DNA of 64,000 nucleotides, taken from assembly GCA_002104945.1 (NCBI GenBank), contig MCFH01000004.1:310001-374000 (forward strand). Direction: 5' to 3'. Positions 25,471 through 36,257 of the stretch are shown here, in pieces. Source of the DNA: Piromyces finnis finn. Its lineage: Eukaryota > Fungi > Neocallimastigomycota. Position 1 is the stretch's first letter; each line of letters starts with the position of its first letter. The notes under the pieces were generated by a model, which was given only the letters and a program-made list of their open reading frames with translations, was not told where the DNA came from and ran no database searches. The position numbers were made by a program, and so were the translations under genes.

Positions 25471-28400
25471 TTGGAGGACTTAATTAGTGAGTTTGAAAAT
25501 TTAAATTTAGAGATGGGTGATAGGACTGTGGGTGTTTCTGGGAATTCGGGGAACATTATTAATGCTCCACCGATATTTTCTGGTAAACAAAGAGAATTGG
25601 ATGGATTTTTAACCAGAGTTGAGTTGGTATTTCGTACTCGACCGACACTGTATAATACAGATCGAGTCAAGGTCGACTTCGTTATATCATACTTCTCTGG
25701 TAAACCTTTGGAATGGGCTTCAGTGTTGATGAAGAATAATAGTGGGGTTTTAAACCATTATGATGAATTTGTAGATAGGTTGAAGGCTAATTTTGGCAGT
25801 TATAGATACGATACCGTTGTAGCTAACGGTAAATTAGATAATCTTCGCCAAAGGAAACTTGGTCAGGTATTAGATTACATTACCGAGTTTCAACGTATTA
25901 GCCAAAATTCAAGCTTTAATGACAGCGCAAAAATCTACATGTTTCTGAAAGGTTTATTACCACCACTTAGGGAGAAGTTGGCTTTCATTGAATCAAACCC
26001 AACTTCAATTGAACAATTGATTTCTTCAACTATTTTAGTTGAAGATATGATGAAAAGGAATTCTCTAAGTGAATTTTATTTTAATGGTAGAAGGGCTAAC
26101 GATCCTATGGATGTGGATGTATTTAGAATTAGTAGAGAAAATAAACGCAAAAGGTATGTGAATATCCAAGGATCAAGTAAAAATTACAATGAAAACATAG
26201 ACAACTTTGAAGAAGAAAAGAAAAAGGGGTTATGTTTTCTTTGTAAACAACCAGGACATTTAAAATTTAATTGTCCTAATAGAGTAAAGCCCAGAAAAGT
26301 GTTAAGAATTGTGAAAGAAAGGACTCCAAAAATTGTTAATCCAAAAATTTACAAAGTTGGAGTCAAGGGAGTGAAAAGTGATTTAAACCTTGTGGACTTT
26401 TACTTGAGTACCAATGAAGTTTCGGAAGTTAAGATTAAGGTTTTAATTGATTCCGGTTCTGAATTAAATTTCATTAATCCAAGTCTTGCTGAAGAACTTG
26501 GTATTAATTTGGAAAAAGTGGAACCATTCCGTGTTTCAGGTGTTAGTGATGGAGTTGTTAGTGTTTGGGAAAGGACTGAGAAGTGCATGCTCCGTTGCAA
26601 AAATCACTTCGAAGTAATTCAACTTTATGGATTACAAGTCCCCGGTGTTGATGTTATTCTTGGTTTGCCGTGGATAAAGAAGCATAATCCAAATGCTTTC
26701 TATGACTCTAAGAAAATCGCTTTTAGTTCTGGTTATTGTGCCAGACACTGTAACAAAGGTAAAAGAAAAAGAAAACCAAGAAAGAAGTCCAAGAATGATC
26801 AATTAGATCATGATGTTCTCGACCGAAGCTTAACCAAAAAACCGAAAGTAGATTCCTCCGTCCCAAACCATGAAGAAAAAGAATATGTTAAAGGCCGCCT
26901 TGTTAGAACCATTAATGATGAAGATGACAGCGATGATGAATATATTAGTTTTAATAAAAAAGTTAAATGTATTGTAACGAAAATTAATGAAACATGTAAT
27001 AATGATAATGAATCATGTAGTAATAATAATAATGAAAAGAATATTAATAAAGATAAATTGGTCGCCGTACCAACCCAATATTTAGAATTTAGTGAAGTGT
27101 TTAACGAAAAAAATTGTGAAGTGTTACCTCCTCATAGACCTTATGATTGTGAAATCAAACTTAAGGATGATTCAACTTTATTTTATGGACCCTTGTATCC
27201 ATTAACTGAAGTTGAAAGAGAGGAACTTAAAAAGTATATAGATGAAAATTTAAATAAAGGTTTTATTAGGAAATCATCGTCTCCTGCTGGTGCCCCAATT
27301 TTGTTTGTTAAAAAGAAGGACGGTTCCTTAAGACTTTGTATTGATTATAGAAGGTTGAATAATATTACAATTCGTAATTCATATCCTTTACCTTTAATAA
27401 GTGACCTTTTGGATAGGGTGAAAAATGCTAAGATTTTTACCAAATTAGACCTTAAATCCGCTTATAATCTTGTTCGTATTAAAGAAGGTGACGAATACAA
27501 AACGGCTTTTCGTACTAGGTATGGTCATTTTGAATATCTGGTTATGCCTTTTGGATTAAAGAATGCACCTGCAACTTTTCAACACTTCATTAACGATGTC
27601 CTTAGTGACTATTTAGACGATTTTGTTATCTCATATATTGATGATATTCTTATTTATTCTAATAATATCGAAGAACATCATGAGCATGTTAAAAAGGTAC
27701 TTAAGAAACTACTTGAAAATAATCTTTATGTTAAATTAGAAAAATGTGAGTTTGATGTTGAGAAAACCACTTTTCTTGGTTATGTCATTTCAAAGGATGG
27801 ATTGCAAATGGATGAGAATAAAATTAAAGCAATTCTCGATTGGCCGGTTCCCAAGAATGTTAAAGAGGTTCAGTCTTTTATTGGTTTATGCAACTATTAC
27901 AGAATTTTTATTAAAGACTTTGCTAAAATTGCAAACCCTCTTCACAAACTCACTAGAAAGAATGTTGCTTTTAACTGGGTGAAAGAAGATCAGGACGCTT
28001 TTATTTTATTAAAATCTCTGTTCACGTCAGCTCCTATTCTAAAACATGCGGATAGTAATAAACAATTTATTGTAGAAACTGATGCTAGTAATTATGCTGT
28101 CGGTGCTATTCTCTCTCAAGAATTTGATGGCAAATTACATCCTATTGCATTTCTTTCTAAAAGTTTGACGAGTTGTCAAAGAAACTATCCTATATATGAC
28201 AAGGAACTTTTAGCTATTGTAGTTGCTCTTGAAGAATGGCGTCATTATTTAGAAGGTGCACGCCATCCGTTCATAATTTATACTGATCACAAGAATTTAA
28301 CATTTCCTAGAAAACCTGAAATGTTATCTCAGAGACAAATTAGATGGAATTTGTTCTTATCCAGATTTGATTTTAAACTCATTTATAGAGCTGGAAAGAA

Positions 28401-30060
28401 ATCCGGTAAGCCTGATATCCTGTCTCGTAGAAGTGACCATTTAGAGAATAATATTAATTCTGATGTTTCTTGTCTTACTATTTCGTTTCATCATAGCGAT
28501 AACAAACCGTTAATCGATTCTATTTTATTAGAACTTAAAAATGACGATTTGTATAATTCTATTGTCCAATTTAAAATGAATGGTTCTGCATGTAATGCAC
28601 CTATTAAAAATATTGATAAAGTTATTATTGATAACGAAGGATTTTTGTTATATAATAATCTTATTTATGTTCCTAAATCTCTTAGGACAAGAGTTTTGGA
28701 ACTTCATCATGATTCTGTTGCTGCTGGTCATTTCGGTATTAAGAAAACCACTGAACTGATTTCCAGAAACTTTTGGTGGCCAAGGTTTCATTCAGACGTT
28801 AAATCTTTTATCAAATCTTGCGTGACTTGTTGCAAATCCAAAGTCCCCAGACATAAGCCTTATGGATTGTTATCCCCTTTGGACACTCCCAGTAGGCCCT
28901 GGTCTGATATTTCTATTGATTTTATTGTTGATCTTCCTAAGTCCAGAGATATGACAACTCTCATGGTTGTTGTCGATAGATTTACTAAATTTGCTCACGC
29001 CATTCCTTTACGTTGTCTTCCTACTGCTTCGATTGCTGCTGATGCTTTTATTGCTAATGTCTTCCGTTTGCATGGTCTTCCTGATTCCATCATTTCTGAT
29101 AGAGGCTCGCAATTTACTTCTGACTTTTGGTCAAGACTTTGTGACCTTCTTAATATCAATCATTCATTATCAACTGCCAACCATCCGCAGACAGATGGTC
29201 AAACGGAGAGGGTGAACGGCATATTAGAACAATATTTCCGTTGTTTTATAAATAAAAAGCAGAATAACTGGGTTGATCTTATCCCATTTGCTGAATTTGC
29301 ATATAATAATACTTTACAACAATCTATAAATCAATCCCCATTCTTTGCTAATTATGGTTTTCATCCAAAGTTCAGCTTGGAAATCCCGGCTAATGATAGA
29401 CCTAGTAGAGCTGAACAAAGAGTAATTGATATGAATGAAAACTTTAAATTATTAAAAGAAAACTTAGAAAAAGCAAAAGAAACATATAAGAAATATGCCG
29501 ATATGAAGAGAATGATTCCCCCGGAGTTCGAAGTGGGAAAGAAAGTATGGTTATTGAAAGATTCTCCTGGAACTAACCTAAAGAGAAAATTAGCACCTCA
29601 AATGCTTGGCCCATTTGAGATAATTGAAAAAGTTAGTTCTCTCGCTTTCAAATTGAAACTTCCAAAGACAATGAGATGTCATCCAGTCTTTCATGTTTCA
29701 TTGTTAGAACCATACTTTGAAAACAAGTTTAACGACAGGTCTAATCGTAGGAAGAGGAACATTCACCTTAACACAGATTTAATTGAAAAAATTCCAGAGA
29801 AAATTGAAAAGATGAAATCTGTTAATGGTGAAACATTTTATAAGTTATCATGGAAAGGATTTGACAAATCCACTTGGATTTCTGAAGATCAGATTCCAGA
29901 TAAACAATTAATACAAGAGTTTGAAAGAAACTCTAAAAAGTCAAAATATAAGTCGAACGACTCCTCCATGAAAATTAGAAAGAATAAAGTTGGTAATCTA
30001 ATCAAGCACAGATACCAACCATTTGTAATTGAAATTCCTTCGAGAAAAGATTCCTTATAA
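25471..30060 (+). CDS. Element B Gag-Pol polyprotein (Gag, CCHC knuckle, protease, RT, RNase H, integrase, chromodomain), 1529 aa from a TTG; first ATG at 25513
   Basis: PPIFSG..FLTRVEL; CFLCKQPGHLKFNC; VLIDSGS; YIDD; ETDASNYA; HHDSVAAGH..CVTC; SIDFIVDLP..SDRGSQF..QTERVN; GPF; YKLSWKGFDKSTWISEDQI. Confidence 0.95.
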   Translation: MEDLISEFENLNLEMGDRTVGVSGNSGNIINAPPIFSGKQRELDGFLTRVELVFRTRPTLYNTDRVKVDFVISYFSGKPLEWASVLMKNNSGVLNHYDEFVDRLKANFGSYRYDTVVANGKLDNLRQRKLGQVLDYITEFQRISQNSSFNDSAKIYMFLKGLLPPLREKLAFIESNPTSIEQLISSTILVEDMMKRNSLSEFYFNGRRANDPMDVDVFRISRENKRKRYVNIQGSSKNYNENIDNFEEEKKKGLCFLCKQPGHLKFNCPNRVKPRKVLRIVKERTPKIVNPKIYKVGVKGVKSDLNLVDFYLSTNEVSEVKIKVLIDSGSELNFINPSLAEELGINLEKVEPFRVSGVSDGVVSVWERTEKCMLRCKNHFEVIQLYGLQVPGVDVILGLPWIKKHNPNAFYDSKKIAFSSGYCARHCNKGKRKRKPRKKSKNDQLDHDVLDRSLTKKPKVDSSVPNHEEKEYVKGRLVRTINDEDDSDDEYISFNKKVKCIVTKINETCNNDNESCSNNNNEKNINKDKLVAVPTQYLEFSEVFNEKNCEVLPPHRPYDCEIKLKDDSTLFYGPLYPLTEVEREELKKYIDENLNKGFIRKSSSPAGAPILFVKKKDGSLRLCIDYRRLNNITIRNSYPLPLISDLLDRVKNAKIFTKLDLKSAYNLVRIKEGDEYKTAFRTRYGHFEYLVMPFGLKNAPATFQHFINDVLSDYLDDFVISYIDDILIYSNNIEEHHEHVKKVLKKLLENNLYVKLEKCEFDVEKTTFLGYVISKDGLQMDENKIKAILDWPVPKNVKEVQSFIGLCNYYRIFIKDFAKIANPLHKLTRKNVAFNWVKEDQDAFILLKSLFTSAPILKHADSNKQFIVETDASNYAVGAILSQEFDGKLHPIAFLSKSLTSCQRNYPIYDKELLAIVVALEEWRHYLEGARHPFIIYTDHKNLTFPRKPEMLSQRQIRWNLFLSRFDFKLIYRAGKKSGKPDILSRRSDHLENNINSDVSCLTISFHHSDNKPLIDSILLELKNDDLYNSIVQFKMNGSACNAPIKNIDKVIIDNEGFLLYNNLIYVPKSLRTRVLELHHDSVAAGHFGIKKTTELISRNFWWPRFHSDVKSFIKSCVTCCKSKVPRHKPYGLLSPLDTPSRPWSDISIDFIVDLPKSRDMTTLMVVVDRFTKFAHAIPLRCLPTASIAADAFIANVFRLHGLPDSIISDRGSQFTSDFWSRLCDLLNINHSLSTANHPQTDGQTERVNGILEQYFRCFINKKQNNWVDLIPFAEFAYNNTLQQSINQSPFFANYGFHPKFSLEIPANDRPSRAEQRVIDMNENFKLLKENLEKAKETYKKYADMKRMIPPEFEVGKKVWLLKDSPGTNLKRKLAPQMLGPFEIIEKVSSLAFKLKLPKTMRCHPVFHVSLLEPYFENKFNDRSNRRKRNIHLNTDLIEKIPEKIEKMKSVNGETFYKLSWKGFDKSTWISEDQIPDKQLIQEFERNSKKSKYKSNDSSMKIRKNKVGNLIKHRYQPFVIEIPSRKDSL

Positions 30061-30701
30061 ATTAATCTCGCAGGAGCTCGACTTAGAGAGAGAGATTGTA
30101 AAGATATCAAACGCCTCTGTTTGATATCTTTAATGTAACTTAAGCCACAAGTATTATTGTTTAAGTTACACAAATTATATTCAGAAAAAGAAAATGAGAC
30201 ATAATTTATTTATTAATAATTAAAGTTTAAAACAAAATAAATTATTAATTTATTTTTAATGTTTAACAAGTAAATTAATATTCTCAATTTAAATCCCTAG
30301 TTTTAGTATTGTTTTTTCATAGAAATAAATAAATAATAAATGATTAATATATCAATAATACATGGGCACATATTCAAATTGAATAGTACTTAATTTGAAT
30401 TGCCAATTGTATTTTACTAAAAATAGTTATAGTTTAAATATTTATTAATAATTAAGATTTTAGTGTAGATTTTAAATAATAATATATAAGAAATAAATAG
30501 TTATAATATAATATAAATGTATTTAGGAAAAAATATAAATAGAAGATATTTTTCATCATTTTATCGATGTAATTGTTATTAATAAAATTTCTATTATAAT
30601 AAAAGATATTTTTAATAAAACAATTTTTTATTTTATTTTAAATTTTGTGTTATTGTAATAGAATAGATATCCTAATCTATTCTTTCTGTGTCAGCATTAC
30701 A

Positions 30702-31726
30702 CCAGAATCAATAAGTACCTTAGCTTTGACTTCATCAATATCATTGGTTTTGATATAAAAATCAATAATATTTTTCTTTTCACCTTTATGAATTTCGAAT
30801 ATGTTTGAAGTTCCCTTGGAATTAAGATTATCCTTTTTAATTTTCTTGATTGAAGGGCTAGCTTCGTCTTCTGAATAGCATCTCTTGATAATTTTTACAT
30901 TTTTTGGTTTCTTTTTGTTTGGACAATTGAATTGAAAGTGTCCAGACTTTCCACAAGTAAAGCAAACTCCATTCTTCTTAGCCTCAGTGCGATTTATTTT
31001 ATTTTCGTCATAATTACTTCTATGAGGAGGGAAGTAATTAACCTTTCTTTGACCTAAACTGATCCTATATAAATCCACATCCATAGGATCATTTTGGTTA
31101 TAATTTCTTCGGTCTTGATGCGTCATGTAATATTCACTGATATCATTTCTCTTAGTAAGATTTTCAATACTAAGGACATCAGAATAAAGACGCTCTAATT
31201 GAGAGGGATTTGGATTCACTACAGCTAAATGTTCACGCATTTTCGGATGTAATCCCTTTGTGAACATGTATATTTTAGCTGCTTCATTAAAATTCGAATT
31301 TTGGCTAACGCGTTGGAATTCGTTAATGTATTCGAACACCTTGCCAAATTTTCTTTGTTTAATGTTGCAAAGTCTTCCATTTGCAACAATCGTATCATTA
31401 TTCGGATCCCCGAAATTGGTACGAAGAGCAGCAATAAACTGATCATAGTTTCTTAGAACGGCGTCGTTATTTTGTCTTAAACGAGCGGCCCATTCTAAAG
31501 GTCTATTGACAAAGTAAGATATTAAGAATCGAACTCTTGCCTCATCATTAACAAATCTATCAGGGTTGGCTTCAATGGCTAGTTCAACCCTGGTCAAGAA
31601 CCCATCTAGTTCTTGTCTTCTTCCTGAAAAGGTTGGAGGATCATTAACTATCCTCAAAGACGCCCCTTGACGGTCCATATTTTCGTTTAAGTGGAAGTTA
31701 GATAAGAGTTGGTTGATTTCCTCCAA
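30702..31726 (-). pseudogene. Element C gag and start of protease, cut off by element B
   Basis: PPTFSGRRQELDGFLTRVEL; DPMDVD; CFTCGKSGHFQFNC; KVLIDSG at the junction, resuming in frame at 24322. Confidence 0.92.
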
Positions 31727-31892
31727 TATGCTTAATATTTTACTTATTTAATTTTTTACAATATTTTAATTAAGATGTCGTCGTAACTCTATCCTATCAA
31801 ACGGTGTTAGACGAGCTCTTAAAAATATAGTAACAAAATTAAATACAGTAACCAAATAGTGTTGGAAGCTTGAATGATACTAAAATAATAAT

Positions 31893-31969
31893 CTAAACGC
31901 GGTAGATCGCCTTTAAAACACAGTAGATATTCCTTTAGACGCGGTAGATATTTCCTAAGACACGGTAGG
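31893..31969 (-). repeat. Degenerate 21-22 bp tandem repeat (about 4 copies) in the leader of element C
   Basis: Minus strand: CTACCGTGTCTTAGGAAATAT / CTACCGCGTCTAAAGGAATAT / CTACTGTGTTTTAAAGGCGAT / CTACCGCGTTTAG. Confidence 0.8.
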
Positions 31970-32429
31970 TAAGAAAAAAATATTAAATATGTTTTATTAA
32001 AAAAAAAAATTTTATAACGTGTTTTATATAAAAAAAAAAGGTAATTGTTATTGTAAAAGTTTTAAAATTTAAAACAGATTATAAAATTTTTTACAATAAA
32101 ACAAAAACACAATAAAATAAAAAATTAAAAACAAAAACAAAATTTATTTATATTCTTTTTTCTTTTTTATTAGTTCTTATTTAGTTATTAACTAAATTAT
32201 AGTCAATAACAATTACATCGTTTAACTATGAAATTTTACATGTATTTATATTTTTTACAAATTATATTTTAATATACTATTCTATTTAATTATACATATA
32301 TTCAATATAAAATAAACAAAACTAATTTAATACTAATTTGATTAAATAATAAAATAATAAAACTAAACTAAAACTAATTAAATACACTTTTGATTCAATT
32401 TGAGTAAACTACAAATTGAATACAGTCCA

Positions 32430-33033
32430 TGTAATGGCGACACAGAAAGAATAGATTAGGATATCTATTCTATTACAATAACACTAAATTTAAAATAAAA
32501 ATAAAAAATTGTTTTATTAAAAATATCTTTTATTATAATAGAATTTTAATAATAACAATTACATCGATAAAATGATGAAAAATATCTTCTATTTATATTT
32601 TTCCTAAATACATTTATATTATATTATAACTATTTATTTCTTATATATTATTATTTAAAATCTACACTAAAATCTTAATTATTAATAAATATTTAAACTA
32701 TAACTATTTTTAGTAAAATACAATTGGCAATTCAAATTAAGTACTATTCAATTTGAATATGTGCCCATGTATTATTGATATATTAATCATTTATTATTTA
32801 TTTATTTCTATGAAAAAACAATACTAAAACTAGGGATTTAAATTGAGAATATTAATTTACTTGTTAAACATTAAAAATAAACTAATAATTTATTTTGTTT
32901 TAAACTTTAATTATTAATAAATAAATTATGTCTCATTTTCTTTTTCTGAATATAATTTGTGTAACTTAAACAATAATACTTGTGGCTTAAGTTACATTAA
33001 AGATATCAAACAGAGGCGTTTGATATCTTTACA
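32430..33033 (-). mobile_element. Solo LTR of family B inside the 5' LTR of element C
   Basis: Reverse complement of the B LTR with minor variants; TSD GTCCA on both sides. Confidence 0.95.
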
Positions 33034-33392
33034 GTCCATGTATTACCTATATATTAATTAAATATTAATAATACTATTTATTATATATTTATAATTAAAA
33101 ATGCTAATTTAAAACTACGCTAAAGTTATTAAACTAATTTTAATTAAATAAAAACTTTTTAAGATTTAATTTGAATATTTAAAATATTTAAATTTAATTA
33201 TCCATTAATTTAAATATTTATCCAAATTTCATTTCTAACTTTGATATTTTAAAATTAATATTTATTTAATTATTCCATAAAATTTATACAATAAATTTTA
33301 TAAACAATTTTTTCATTAAAATATCAAAATTATTATTCAATAATTATTAATTAATTATTAAATAATTTAAAGATATACTTTATATCTTTACA

Positions 33393-33555
33393 CTTTTAGA
33401 AAGTTTTTCATAACCTCTGAGATATATTTATCATTTTCCTCGTTTTCTTCTTCTGACATTAATTCAGGCATCTTAGTAGGTTCTTCTACAACTTGTTTTC
33501 TCTGTTTCCGAGCTAATAAAGATTCTTCTTCATTACTTTCGCTTTCATTATTTTC
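33393..33555 (-). pseudogene. Element A pol fragment (acidic linker between RNase H and integrase)
   Basis: ENNESESNEEESLLARKQRK..EVMKNFLK; bridges 34161 and 19720 after the insertions are excised. Confidence 0.8.
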
Positions 33556-34160
33556 TGTAATGCTGACACAGAAAGAATAGATTAGGATATCTATTCTATT
33601 ACAATAACACAAAATTTAAAATAAAATAAAAAATTGTTTTATTAAAAATATCTTTTATTATAATAGAAATTTTATTAATAACAATTACATCGATAAAATG
33701 ATGAAAAATATCTTCTATTTATATTTTTTCCTAAATACATTTATATTATATTATAACTATTTATTTCTTATATATTATTATTTAAAATCTACACTAAAAT
33801 CTTAATTATTAATAAATATTTAAACTATAACTATTTTTAGTAAAATACAATTGGCAATTCAAATTAAGTACTATTCAATTTGAATATGTGCCCATGTATT
33901 ATTGATATATTAATCATTTATTATTTATTTATTTCTATGAAAAAACAATACTAAAACTAGGGATTTAAATTGAGAATATTAATTTACTTGTTAAACATTA
34001 AAAATAAATTAATAATTTATTTTGTTTTAAACTTTAATTATTAATAAATAAATTATGTCTCATTTTCTTTTTCTGAATATAATTTGTGTAACTTAAACAA
34101 TAATACTTGTGGCTTAAGTTACATTAAAGATATCAAACAGAGGCGTTTGATATCTTTACA
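33556..34160 (-). mobile_element. Solo LTR of family B in pol of element A
   Basis: 605 bp, reverse complement of the B LTR; TSD TTTTC on both sides. Confidence 0.95.
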
Positions 34161-35305
34161 TTTTCTGACTCAAGGTTGGTATCATTTAGTGTACTAACTA
34201 TTGCATTTGCGTTCGCTTCCTGACTGTTATCCTCTTTTAATGACATCCGGGATAATGCGTCAGCTAAAATATTCGCTTTTCCAGGTTGATATCTTACTTC
34301 TACCATGTTTTGGCTAAAGTCATTAACCCAGCGAGCGTGTTTTGAAGTTTGAGGTTCATTTTTATTAATGATAGCAACTAGCGGAAGGTGGTCCGTATAT
34401 AAAATAGTTTTGTACGGATTTCCTAGGACATAATGACGAAATTCCATCAGGCAATAATGAGCAGCGGTACCTTCCAGTTCAGTAATAGGGTAGTTTAATT
34501 CAGCTTTCTTTAGTGCACGACTAGCATACTTTATAGGATGCTCTACCCCGTCCTCCAAAAGTTGCAATAATACGCCGCCAATACCACTGAAACTGGCGTC
34601 CGAGCGGATAATGAAAGGAATATCATAACGAGGAAAACACAGAATAGGGGAAGAGGCCAAATATTCTTTAGCAGCAACGAACGACGAATTACACTCAGAA
34701 TCCCAAATAAACTTGGCGTCTTTTCTAAGGAGTTTATTTAAGGGGGCAGTAATAGAAGCAAAGTGATCAATAAATTCCCTATAATAACCAACCATTCCAA
34801 GAAAAGAACGAAGTTCAGTAACAGATTTAGGAGGATCTAGTTTGAGTATATTATCAACCTTAGATTTAATAGGAAGAAGACCATTAATAGAAACAACATG
34901 ACCCAACACTTCAACTTCCTGTAAACAGAAGTGACACTTCTCAATGTTGACCTTTAAACCATTATCGCGAAGGATCTGGAAAACCTTTTTGATATCACGA
35001 AGATGTTGTGAGTAAGAAGGAGAATAAATAATTATGTCATCAAGGTATACTTGAATACAAACATTGAGGAGGTCAAAGAAGATACGATTCATCTCTCTTT
35101 GAAAGGTCGCCGGCGCGTTTGTTAAACCAAAAGGCATGACTACGTAATCAAAATTTCCAAAGCGTGTGGTAATAGCTGTAATACATTGGTCTTCTGGTAG
35201 CATAGGAATTTGGTGGTATCCACTGAATAGATCTAAGGCCGTGAAAAATCTTGCACCAGTCATGGATTCAAAAGCTTCTCTAATGTTGGGAATAGAGTAA
35301 GCATC
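34161..35305 (-). pseudogene. Element A pol fragment: reverse transcriptase and RNase H
   Basis: YSIPNI..LDLFSGYHQIP..MPFGLTNAPATFQR..VYLDDII..SDASFSGIGGVL..ELE..TDHLPL..ADALSR. Confidence 0.93.
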
Positions 35306-36096
35306 TGTAAAAGTATAAAATTTAAAACAGATTTTATACTTAAAACAAAACAATTTTTATTAACACAAAAATAAAAAAATAAAACATTAAATTTTTATTT
35401 TAAAAAAAAACATTTTTATTTAAACTCTTAAAAATATTATTAACTATATAATAGTTAATAATTAAAAAATTGAAAATAACAATTACATCGATTTAACAAA
35501 TAAAAATTACATGTATTTATATTTTTTCATAATTATATTCTAATATATTATTCTATTTAAATAAACATATATTTAATATAAAATAAACAAAACTAATTTA
35601 ATTAAATAATAAAATAACAGAACTAAACTAAACTAATTCATTATACTTTTAATTCAATTTGAGTAAACTCAAAATTGAATAAAGCCCATGTATTTTCTAT
35701 AAATTAATTTAATATTATCAATACTATTCTTAATATATTTCCTATTGAAATATAAATAAATCTATTTTTAAAACTAAGTTAAAATTATTAAACTATTCTA
35801 AATTTAAATAAAAAAGTATAATCTATTCTAAAATTAAATAAAAAGTATTTGAAAAATATTTTAATTATTTAAAATATTTGAAATATTTAAATTTAATTAA
35901 AATTCTTTTATTCCTTAAACTTAAATATTTATCTTAATTTAAATTTAACGGAATTATTATAAAATAATTTATTATTAAATTATTCCATAAAATTTACTCA
36001 AAAATTTTATAATCAGTTTTACTAAATATTAATTTATTATTTAATAATTAATAATTAATTATTAAATAATCTAAAGATATATATTATATCTTTACA
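35306..36096 (-). mobile_element. Solo LTR of a third family (D, related to the C LTR) in the RT of element A
   Basis: 791 bp, TG..CA; shares termini and internal motifs with the C LTR but is diverged; TSD GCATC on both sides. Confidence 0.92.
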
Positions 36097-36257
36097 GCAT
36101 CCTTTACAGTGATATTATTGACTTTTCTATAATCTGCACAAAGACGCCATTTATTGTGCTTCTTAGGAACCATTACAATGGGAGAAGCCCAAGGGGAATG
36201 GGATGGAACAATAAGGCCTTTATCCAGTAGTTTTTGAAGTTCACCCTTAAGAGCAGC
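36097..36257 (-). pseudogene. Element A pol fragment: start of RT
   Basis: LKGELQKLLDKGLIVPSHSPWASPIVMVPKKHNKWRLCADYRKVNNITVKDA. Confidence 0.92.

Larger units (their letters stand above)
24323..30701 (+). mobile_element. Element B: full-length, apparently intact chromovirus LTR retrotransposon inserted in the protease of element C
   Basis: 605-bp LTRs 24323-24927 and 30097-30701 (TGTAAAG..CATTACA; no differences noticed by eye); TSD CCAGA (24318-24322, 30702-30706); PPT AGAGAGAGAGAT; uninterrupted ORF. Confidence 0.97.
19721..33392 (-). mobile_element. Element C: chromovirus (Ty3/gypsy with chromodomain, Tf1-like), inserted in pol of A and itself interrupted by element B and a solo LTR
   Basis: LTRs 19721-20452 (732 bp) and 32052-33392 (732 bp after removing a 604-bp solo LTR and its 5-bp TSD); TSD CTTTT (19716-19720, 33393-33397); PPT AAAGGGCGAGAT before the 3' LTR; single gag-pol frame. 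Confidence 0.95.
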
